Shown here piece by piece: positions 19,920-27,118 of a stretch of 32,000 bases of DNA; the first letter of the stretch is position 1; each line of letters begins with the position of its first letter. The position numbers were made by a program, and so were the translations under genes. The notes under the pieces were generated by a model, which was not told the DNA's origin, made no database searches, and saw nothing but the letters and a program-made list of their open reading frames with translations. Source of the stretch: Alkanindiges sp. WGS2144 (GTDB taxonomy: Bacteria > Pseudomonadota > Gammaproteobacteria > Pseudomonadales > Moraxellaceae). The DNA lies in NCBI RefSeq assembly GCF_043950625.1, contig NZ_CP171007.1; one strand, 5' to 3'.

Positions 19920-20624
19920 ATGACTTATTATTGTATTGCGCTGCCTTTGAGCCAGAGTTTTGAGCAAGAACTTAGCCGGTTAAGCCAGCAGCTCAATGCA
20001 GGGGAGAAACGCTCACTGTCAGAGCAAACCGGTAAACTGATGGGGGAGGCATCCTGCCAGATTATTGATGGTGTATTTCAGCACATGGTTGAGCAACTAT
20101 TGCAAATACAGGGCTTAACAGAGCCAAAGTGTGCCAGTCTGCTGGCCTCTCTTGAGCATATCAGTGCAGTAAAAGCAGTTTTACGCAAATACACGGGCTG
20201 GGCAGTATCGTGGTTTGGTAATGAGCGCCTGACGCCGGTAGTGAATATGTATGCCAGCATGATTCAGCGGGCAGAAAATGGTCAGCCTTATTTGATGTTT
20301 GACTTGCCGCAGTCTACTGCTGAACGGGCGCTGCTGGCGCTATGCAGTCTTGAGCATGGCAAGGTGAGTAATGCTGAAGGCGCTATGGAAAGTCTGGTTG
20401 AAGTCACAGATATTGGGGTGGATGCGCTCATTCGCCAGCCAAAAAAACTGCTTCATTTTAACTTTGTCGCGGATAAAACCTTAAATGGCGTGATCAATAT
20501 GACCACTGCCATGGCCTACAAAAACCTGCGTAAGTTAGGCCAGCAGCTTGATCCACTGCTATTTAAAGCCGTTGCCACGCATTTACAGCAGTTTATTCAG
20601 GAGAAAAAAACTGACACGCTTTAG
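19920..20624 (+). CDS. Hypothetical protein with no recognisable family
   Basis: A 234-codon ORF starts 35 nt after the SDR gene on the same strand. It is predicted helical and I recognise no motifs. Confidence 0.5.
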   Translation: MTYYCIALPLSQSFEQELSRLSQQLNAGEKRSLSEQTGKLMGEASCQIIDGVFQHMVEQLLQIQGLTEPKCASLLASLEHISAVKAVLRKYTGWAVSWFGNERLTPVVNMYASMIQRAENGQPYLMFDLPQSTAERALLALCSLEHGKVSNAEGAMESLVEVTDIGVDALIRQPKKLLHFNFVADKTLNGVINMTTAMAYKNLRKLGQQLDPLLFKAVATHLQQFIQEKKTDTL

Positions 20625-20688
20625 CTATGACAGACGCAACACGGGCATTTGAGCTGGCTATGTTAAAGAAAGCTTAAGACATAAATAT

Positions 20689-21708
20689 TTAAAGTGTATT
20701 ACTACCATGCAGTTGCCGGTATAGGCCGGGCGTTACACCGGTCCACTTTTTAAAGGCACGATGAAACGTACTGGTCTCGCTAAAACCAACCTGTTGTGCT
20801 ACTTCCTCTAATGATAAATCCGGCTTTAGCAGTAAGTGAATGGCGGTATCCCGGCGCAGATTGTCTTTAACGCCCTGATAGCTTTTGCCCTCGCTTGCCA
20901 AGCGGCGGCGCAGGGTTTGTGGAGACAGATACAGCATGGAGGCCACTTCATTTAAAGTGGGCATTTCTTCACCAATATGGCTTTTTAATACCTCACGGAT
21001 TCGTGAGGTGAGCGAACTGGCATTTTTAAATTTGACCAATAATTGCGCGGGCGCACTCTTTAAAAACTCTTGCAGACTGGCTTCGGTCTGTCGAATGGGC
21101 AAGTCCAGATAATCAGCTGCAAAAGTAATCTCGGTACGTGGCGCATCAAACTTGATCACTGGTGAAAAGAACAGCGCATCATATTCTTCGGCATGTTTAG
21201 GCTGAGGATAGGCAAATTGTACACGCTCTAGCGGAATGCGGCGCTCAATGAGCCACGATGCCAGACCATGCCAGATCATGAGCATACTTTCAGTAATAAA
21301 ATGATCTGGATCACGCTCTGGTGGAATATGGGTAACCAAGCGTGCTTCGTGAGTATCACGTTCAATACTCACCGCCCAGTCATCGCCAAAAAGACGATAG
21401 AACTGTGCACTTAAATCCAGTGCTTTGCCCAGTGTTCCAGCATGAATAATCAGTTGGCACATAATGGAGAAGGTGCCCAGTCGTCGCGGCTGGGTATCAA
21501 AACCCAGGTGTTCATCCTGAGTAACCAGCCAGAGCGTTTGAGCAAGGCGGGTATACTGATCCGGTGAAACGCGGGCTTTTGGCTGGTGAAGTAACTCAGG
21601 CTCAATACCAACACGGGACAGTAAAGCATTCACATCTAGACCCATACGCCGTACCCCGGTTAAGGCGGCATTGACAAAGTGAATGCTAATGGTATCGCGG
21701 TTCATCAT
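20689..21708 (-). CDS. AraC-family transcriptional regulator (N-terminal AraC-type effector-binding-like domain plus C-terminal double HTH)
   Basis: The C-terminus LNEVASMLYLSPQTLRRRL...EEVAQQVGFSETSTFHRAFKKWTGVTPGLYR is a canonical AraC/XylS HTH. The gene is divergent from the CoA-transferase operon. Confidence 0.85.
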   Translation of the reverse strand: MMNRDTISIHFVNAALTGVRRMGLDVNALLSRVGIEPELLHQPKARVSPDQYTRLAQTLWLVTQDEHLGFDTQPRRLGTFSIMCQLIIHAGTLGKALDLSAQFYRLFGDDWAVSIERDTHEARLVTHIPPERDPDHFITESMLMIWHGLASWLIERRIPLERVQFAYPQPKHAEEYDALFFSPVIKFDAPRTEITFAADYLDLPIRQTEASLQEFLKSAPAQLLVKFKNASSLTSRIREVLKSHIGEEMPTLNEVASMLYLSPQTLRRRLASEGKSYQGVKDNLRRDTAIHLLLKPDLSLEEVAQQVGFSETSTFHRAFKKWTGVTPGLYRQLHGSNTL

Positions 21709-21940
21709 CGTCCTCTAATTAGTATTTAAGGCCACGCGCCCCGCATTGGGGACTGCTTAACATAACATATATGGTTGATTAAGCTGGTATCATTTTTAGG
21801 ATAAATTAAAAACTGACGCGTTTGTTCAGACAAACTGGTAGCAATCGTCATTGTCTGCCAAACCTATGCATTTTAGGCTGTTCAGCTTATTAAATAAATG
21901 CCCTTTTTTTATAACCTGGCTTATTGTCTGGAATTTTTTC

Positions 21941-23101
21941 ATGAAACAATCTACTGCTAACCTTGCTGGTGCACCGCTTGCCGGTCTAAAAGTTCTGGAT
22001 TTTTCCACCCTGTTGCCGGGACCTTTTGCCACTTTAATGCTGGCTGATCTGGGAGCAGAGGTAATTCATGTTGAATCCCCAACCCGTGTAGATCTGGTAC
22101 GCGTGATGCCACCTTACGCCGATGGGCAGGCCACCGCGCATGCTTATTTGAACCGCAACAAGAAATCTCTGGCGGTTGACCTTAAGCAGGCGGATAATAT
22201 TGAAAAAATTAAAGCATTGCTTAATGAGTTTGACATTATTGTGGAGCAGTTTCGTCCGGGCGTCATGCAGCGTCTGGGGTTAGGCTATGACGATTTAAAA
22301 GCCATTAATCCACGCCTTATTTATTGCTCCATTACCGGTTATGGCCAAACTGGCTCGCATAAAGACCGGGCAGGTCACGATATTAACTATATGTCGCTTG
22401 CCGGAGTGGCAGGGCATAGTGGCCGCAAGCACAGTGGCCCGCCAGCTTTGGGTATTCAGGTGGCAGATGTAGCGGGTGGCTCATTGCATGCGGTGATTGG
22501 TATTTTGGCTGCGGTGATTGAGCGTAACCACAGCAATCAGGGTCAACATATTGATATTTCCATGACCGACTGCGTATTTACCCTAAATAACATGGCAGCC
22601 TCGGCGCAGATTGCTGGCGGGGAAAATCAGGCACCAGAGGCGGCTACCCTAAATGGCGGCAGTTATTATGATTATTTTAAAACCTCCGATGGTCGCTATA
22701 TCTCCGTAGGAAGCCTTGAGCCACAATTTATGATGGGCTTGAGTGCAGCATTAGCACTGCCAGTTTTGGCACAAAAAGGCGCTTCCATGTTTGAGGAAGA
22801 CCGCCGAGAAGTTAAACAGGCAGTCGCTGATGCGATTGCTGCCCAGTCATTTAGCCACTGGCAGCAGGTGTTTGCTAAGCTTGATGTATGCGTAGAACCG
22901 GTGCTTAGCTTAAAAGAAGCGGCGGAGTCTCAACTGGCTAAGGAGCGTGGCTGGGTAGTGCCAGTGCCATTAAAAGAGGGCGATACAAATACAACCCAGC
23001 CCCAGTTGGCCTGTCCGATCAAGTTTTCCAGAAGTAGTGCCCGCTATGAGTATGTCGGCCAGCAGTTAGGGGAAGCCAATGACAAACTGGGAGAGGTATA
23101 A
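21941..23101 (+). CDS. Family III CoA-transferase (CaiB/BaiF; alpha-methylacyl-CoA racemase-like)
   Basis: The start at ATG 21941 gives MKQSTANLAGAPLAGLKVLDFSTLLPGPFATLMLADLGAEVIHVE, the characteristic family III N-terminus. The track's 30-codon extension is unlikely. Confidence 0.85.
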   Translation: MKQSTANLAGAPLAGLKVLDFSTLLPGPFATLMLADLGAEVIHVESPTRVDLVRVMPPYADGQATAHAYLNRNKKSLAVDLKQADNIEKIKALLNEFDIIVEQFRPGVMQRLGLGYDDLKAINPRLIYCSITGYGQTGSHKDRAGHDINYMSLAGVAGHSGRKHSGPPALGIQVADVAGGSLHAVIGILAAVIERNHSNQGQHIDISMTDCVFTLNNMAASAQIAGGENQAPEAATLNGGSYYDYFKTSDGRYISVGSLEPQFMMGLSAALALPVLAQKGASMFEEDRREVKQAVADAIAAQSFSHWQQVFAKLDVCVEPVLSLKEAAESQLAKERGWVVPVPLKEGDTNTTQPQLACPIKFSRSSARYEYVGQQLGEANDKLGEV

Positions 23102-24141
23102 TGGAATCAATAAAAGTGCTGATGAAACAATTGCTTGAGCAACCCATAGATCCCAATGAATTACGTGAGCGTTGGAACATTGATGCACCTTGGCAGTCCA
23201 CTGGCGTACTTGAACCATTAAATATCATTACTGGTAAATTAATGTACCGCCAGGCTATGTATCGTGAAAGCCGCTTTTATGGTTTTAAGCTGAAGCATCA
23301 TCATATTGATGGCTTTAATATATATTGGTTATGCAATGAAAAACCTAAAAAATCACGTGGTACCTTATTGCTACTCCATGGTTTAAGTGCTGAAAAAGCC
23401 CACTGGTTACGATTTGCACGCTACTTTGTGAAAGATTATCACATTGTGATTCCAGATCTGGCTGGACATGGCCAAACAGGTTATGTACCTGATGCCGATT
23501 ACAGCACAGAAGCACAAGCCAAACGTATGATTGAATTATTGGATCATTTGCACATTGATAAAGTACATGTGCTGGGTAATTCCATGGGTGGATTTATTGC
23601 TGCTCGTCTAGCCACCAAGTGGCCAGAACGTATTGCCAGTTTAGGTTTGATGAATGCAGCAGGCTTACAGGCGCGTACCCATAGTGTGTTAGTTCAATCG
23701 ATAGAAGCAGGTAGAAACCCATTTTTATTAAATTCACTAGCAGAGTTTGATGAGTTGATGAACCTGGCTGCTTTTAAACAGCAATGGCTGCCTTCTCAGG
23801 TTAAACTTATGCTGGCCAAGCAATACTCAGATCGACGCGAACGTTTGTTTAATATATTTTTGCAGTTGCAGCAGGAAATTTATCCACACGACTGGGTAAG
23901 TGAACAAATCGCCGAAGTTGATATGCCTGCTTTTGTGGTCTGGGGCGAATTTGATAAGCTGCTTGATATAGACATGCTTAAGCATTTTGCTGAACTCATA
24001 CCGCATGCCAAAACTGTTGCCATGCCGCAAACTGGACATATGCCAATGATCGAGCGTCCATTGCGCACTGCAAGGTATTACCGTAAGTTCTTAAAAGAAC
24101 TGAGTTTAAAGAGAAAAAGTGTGCTAGATGCAATTAAATAA
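23101..24141 (+). CDS. Alpha/beta-fold hydrolase
   Basis: The start is coupled to the upstream stop (TAATG). It has an HG oxyanion region (LLLLHGLSA), the nucleophile elbow GNSMGG, and a C-terminal TGHMPMIE (catalytic His). Confidence 0.8.
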   Translation: MESIKVLMKQLLEQPIDPNELRERWNIDAPWQSTGVLEPLNIITGKLMYRQAMYRESRFYGFKLKHHHIDGFNIYWLCNEKPKKSRGTLLLLHGLSAEKAHWLRFARYFVKDYHIVIPDLAGHGQTGYVPDADYSTEAQAKRMIELLDHLHIDKVHVLGNSMGGFIAARLATKWPERIASLGLMNAAGLQARTHSVLVQSIEAGRNPFLLNSLAEFDELMNLAAFKQQWLPSQVKLMLAKQYSDRRERLFNIFLQLQQEIYPHDWVSEQIAEVDMPAFVVWGEFDKLLDIDMLKHFAELIPHAKTVAMPQTGHMPMIERPLRTARYYRKFLKELSLKRKSVLDAIK

Positions 24142-24240
24142 TAAAAAGGAGGATGCAAAAAATTATATTTGTAGTGCAAGGTTAACATGGTTTGAAAGTA
24201 TGTGAGCTTGAGCAAATATTAGCTAAATAATGTTATTAAA

Positions 24241-24258
24241 TGTAATCCAGAGCGTACA
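24241..24258 (+). promoter_or_regulatory. GacA/UvrY-box-like palindrome upstream of the candidate sRNA
   Basis: TGTAAT-CCAGAG-CGTACA compared with the Pseudomonas rsmX/Y/Z upstream activating sequence TGTAAG-N6-CTTACA, with one mismatch per half-site. Candidate -10 elements are TAAAAT (24292-24297) or TATTAC (24305-24310), placing the box ~55-70 nt upstream of the start. Confidence 0.45.
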
Positions 24259-24304
24259 GTGATTGTCGCCCTAGCGACTATCTTCAGCCAGTAAAATACG
24301 CGAT

Positions 24305-24478
24305 TATTACTCCAGCGAAACAGGGATGACATGGCACGGAATGGTAGTTTACCAGCCACTAAGGATAGCCATTATCGCAGGGAAAGCCATTTGTAGGACT
24401 CAAATGGATAGATGACATGATGTCAGCAGGACGCTAAAAAATACCCGACCATTCAGGATGAATTCAGTCGGGTTTTTT
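24305..24478 (+). ncRNA. Candidate Csr/Rsm-family (CsrB/RsmY/RsmZ-like) CsrA-sequestering small RNA. The 5' end is approximate.
   Basis: There are eight GGA motifs in 135 nt on the + strand only, at 24324, 24338, 24363, 24381, 24396, 24406, 24429 and 24456. Several have CsrA-site contexts (CAGGGAUG, ACGGAAU, UAAGGAUA, CAGGGAA, GUAGGAC, GCAGGAC, UCAGGAUGA). Several fall in short predicted loops (CUA-AGGA-UAG, AGC-AGGAC-GCU, UUG-UAGGACU-CAA). The last lies in the apical loop of the terminator. No ORF is present, and the region sits between convergent genes. Confidence 0.55.
24443..24478 (+). terminator. Intrinsic terminator ending the candidate sRNA
   Basis: ACCCGAC-C-ATTC-AGGAT-GAAT-TCA-GTCGGGT followed by TTTTTTAT. 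Confidence 0.7.
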
Positions 24479-24599
24479 ATGCCTGAAATATTTGTGCTGG
24501 CATGGATTGAGCCAAATCATTGTAAGATTTATAGTGAAATCAATGTTAAATAAAAAGTATTTTATTGATGAGCTAAAGTCAGCGCTGTGGAAACTGCAT

Positions 24600-24634
24600 A
24601 AAAAAGCAGAGGTCAACATGACGTCTGCTTTTTT
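24600..24634 (-). terminator. Bidirectional intrinsic terminator, chiefly for the symporter/mini-ORF operon
   Basis: GCAGAGGTC-AACAT-GACGTCTGC has one mismatch. It is flanked by A6 on the left and T6 on the right, 18 nt past the mini-ORF stop on the minus strand. Confidence 0.6.
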
Positions 24635-24652
24635 AATGGGCTGGTTTTAAAT

Positions 24653-24784
24653 TTATACCAGATCTTCGCCGGTTCTTTTGGCTTCCTGGATGTCCTGGTA
24701 TAAGCTATAGCATAAAATGATCAGTAAAGTCGTAGCCACCATCGGCCAGAATAATACATAGATCGTTAATAAAGTAGCATTCAT
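24653..24784 (-). CDS. 43-aa single-TM membrane peptide translationally coupled to the symporter (possible symporter accessory subunit)
   Basis: My hand translation is MNATLLTIYVLFWPMVATTLLIILCYSLYQDIQEAKRTGEDLV. Its ATG overlaps the symporter TGA (ATGA). It has one hydrophobic helix plus a charged tail, and a terminator follows. It is below the ORF-track cutoff. Confidence 0.6.
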   Translation of the reverse strand: MNATLLTIYVLFWPMVATTLLIILCYSLYQDIQEAKRTGEDLV

Positions 24785-26433
24785 GCTTTATCTCCTTTTT
24801 TACTGTTTACGGTAATATCATGAAACTCAATGACCATTCTGTCGATTTGATTAAAATCAAATCGTGGTTTTGAACTTCTTAAAGTCAGTAATGTGCAGGT
24901 TAGCGCACTGGCGCCATAGGCAGTCAATGAGCTGAGCAGGACAATATGTTCGCGTAAAAAGCCAAAATAAACAGGCAGACAAACGACTGCGGTAATGCCG
25001 CCTACCCAAAGGCCTACTTTTTTGCCAAAGAAACCAAAACTCATTAGGCCCAGTACTACCCCTGTGCCAATAGCAGCGATGACTTCAAAGAAAGTGGCAA
25101 ATAAACCTGTTAAGGACAGCCATTCAAAGCGCACTAATAAAAAACTTAAGAATGCGACAGCCACTGACCAGTTAAATGCAGAGGCAGTGACTTTGTTCCA
25201 GTACAGGCTGGCAATCACCGGAAAGACGATAGCCCCCCATAACGCGCCAACAAAAATCAGCATCGACAAAATATCAAACTTGAAAGTAGCAAGAATAATG
25301 CCGGTCATGGTCGCAATGATCATGGTTACCCGTCCAATCAGCAGCATTTTCTTTGGGTTAGGCTGGTTCTTGGCAATCTGCTTACCATAGATATCCGTCA
25401 TTACAATGGCAGAAAGCGCAGATAAATCAGAGTCAGCCGTAGAGGATAGTGAACCAATGACCATTACAAATAGTAGCGCCACCATAAAAGGTGACAAATA
25501 GGTGGCAGCCATTTGCGGGATCAGGTTGTTTAAATCACCGTCAATGGGTTGAATACCGGCAAATAATGCGAGCATACCTAACATTCCCAGGCCAATAACA
25601 ATAGAAGCATAGCCAATGGTTGCAGTGATAAAGCTGGGTTTAATTAAATCTTCACGTACGGCAAATAAGCGCTGTGCAATGGTCTGGTTGCCGATGGCAT
25701 AGGCCAATACAGCCACAAAAAACGGTGCACCTTGTTCTAAAAAGGCAGTCTTGGAAAAAAAGCTAAGCTGCTCAGGTTGGAGATGGTGTGCACCTGTCTG
25801 GAATAGTGAAGGACCACCAAGGGTAAAAAACAACACCGGAATAATGATCACTGCTGCGATCATCATGGCCATAAGCTGACCAAAGTCGGTAAACACCGAG
25901 GAGCGAAAACCTGACCACAAGGTATAAGACAGCACACCTAGGCCGGTAATGAGCACACCCTGGCTAAAGCTAAGCGGAGATAATATTTCCACCAGCGTAC
26001 CAGCGGCAGTAAAATTTACCATCAGGCTGATGATACTCCCTACAATATTAGAGCCTGCCAGAATAAGCTGGCTTTGGTTGCCATGCCGTGCGTGCATGAT
26101 CTCTGCCAGAGTGTGGGCGTTAGGTGCAAGTTCCCGAAAACGCTTACCAAAAGGATAGATAAACAAAATCATGAGTGCGCCCCATAACCCATAATGGAGC
26201 GCCCCTGAAATACCGTATTTATAACCTGAGGAAGCAGCAGCATAAAATGAAGCGGCCCAGATCCAGGTGGCAGTCATACTGGCTGCTGACATACTAAAAC
26301 CAATAGAACCATTGGAGACCATATAGCCATCAACATTTTCATTTTTTCGGCCAATGCGTAATGCCATTAAAAAGGTCAGGCCATAAAAAAGAACCATCAA
26401 TAGTACAATTGCTGTACTAGAGAACTGAAACAT
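24781..26433 (-). CDS. Sodium:solute symporter (SSS/SSF) family transporter
   Basis: 550 aa with ~13 hydrophobic segments. The N-terminal pattern (GRKNENVDGYMVSNGSIGFSMSAASMTATWIWAASF) is typical of the SSF family. An AAGGAG RBS is present. Confidence 0.85.
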   Translation of the reverse strand: MFQFSSTAIVLLMVLFYGLTFLMALRIGRKNENVDGYMVSNGSIGFSMSAASMTATWIWAASFYAAASSGYKYGISGALHYGLWGALMILFIYPFGKRFRELAPNAHTLAEIMHARHGNQSQLILAGSNIVGSIISLMVNFTAAGTLVEILSPLSFSQGVLITGLGVLSYTLWSGFRSSVFTDFGQLMAMMIAAVIIIPVLFFTLGGPSLFQTGAHHLQPEQLSFFSKTAFLEQGAPFFVAVLAYAIGNQTIAQRLFAVREDLIKPSFITATIGYASIVIGLGMLGMLALFAGIQPIDGDLNNLIPQMAATYLSPFMVALLFVMVIGSLSSTADSDLSALSAIVMTDIYGKQIAKNQPNPKKMLLIGRVTMIIATMTGIILATFKFDILSMLIFVGALWGAIVFPVIASLYWNKVTASAFNWSVAVAFLSFLLVRFEWLSLTGLFATFFEVIAAIGTGVVLGLMSFGFFGKKVGLWVGGITAVVCLPVYFGFLREHIVLLSSLTAYGASALTCTLLTLRSSKPRFDFNQIDRMVIEFHDITVNSKKGDKA

Positions 26434-27118
26434 AATTACTCCTTAATTTAATCATCAGTTCTTCGGCAGCAAGCGCTGGACTGATGATGGACTAAGGCTC
26501 TTGTGGATGTAGAGCGTAGAAGCTGTAGTAAGTATAAAAAATCAAAGTGATGAATAAAGTATGCTATTCAAAACTACAGCAGATCAGGCGTGGCCTGTAT
26601 AGAGATAAGGAGAAGCTGAAAATACAGCCGCCCTTTGGAATAGTGCGAAGAATATTAACATAAAAACATCAACTATACTGATTAAGGCAAGAGGTTTTGG
26701 TGGTTTTACTAATATATCTAAATATCGATAAAGCTTATTTTTTTCTTATAAAATACTTAATTTGTTTGATTCCTATAAAGATTTTAAAAATAAAATTTTG
26801 CTATAGTCACCACATTTAAGTAAATGTAACAAAAATTATCTATGGCTGGTCAATAGCCAATTACTCTCTAAATTTCAGCTTTGCCTATAACCAGCTAATA
26901 ATACAATACTCCCTTTAGTAATATGCTGGGAGTCGAGCTGTTATCGAACAGTAGTTTTATGAATAAAGAATGAGATTGTGCAGGGGCAATTCATCATAAA
27001 ATCTTAAATCTTAATGATCTATCAATAAAATCGTTATTAGTTATGCAAAAAAAGCGTTTTATTGATGAAGCAAAGCTAGGTATGATGCGCGGCTGAAATA
27101 ATGAACTAGCCGTGAGCC

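Noticed and set aside
24146-24181. A strong AAGGAGG immediately followed by ATG, opening a 10-codon ORF (MQKIIFVVQG) just after the hydrolase stop.
   Set aside because: There is no spacer between the Shine-Dalgarno-like sequence and the ATG, which is incompatible with normal initiation. The ORF is only 10 codons. The AGGAGGA may simply be an additional GGA-type element, or chance.
24300-24480. Whether the structured region is a riboswitch (cobalamin, c-di-GMP, fluoride and TPP considered).
   Set aside because: No gene lies downstream on the + strand; the next gene is convergent. I also could not find the diagnostic cores, such as the B12 box, the GEMM GCAAAGCC pairs, or the TPP CUGAGA. A standalone sRNA fits better.
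24521-24538. A second GacA-box candidate, TGTAAG-ATTTAT-AGTGAA.
   Set aside because: Only the left half-site matches. The right half (AGTGAA against CTTACA) is not symmetric, and no GGA-rich transcript follows.
24543-24650. A 35-codon + strand ORF (MLNKKYFIDELKSALWKLHKK...). It shares a KK-x-FIDE-x-K / AAAAAG-NN-TTTTATTGATGA core with a 17-codon ORF at 27044-27097 upstream of cysI (MQKKRFIDEAKLGMMRG).
   Set aside because: Neither ORF has a usable RBS. The first contains the bidirectional terminator hairpin inside its coding sequence. The shared core is a 12-nt exact match plus a few flanking bases in AT-rich DNA. Dozens of chance 12-mer repeats are expected in 32 kb. It would only be worth revisiting if the pair proves conserved in relatives.
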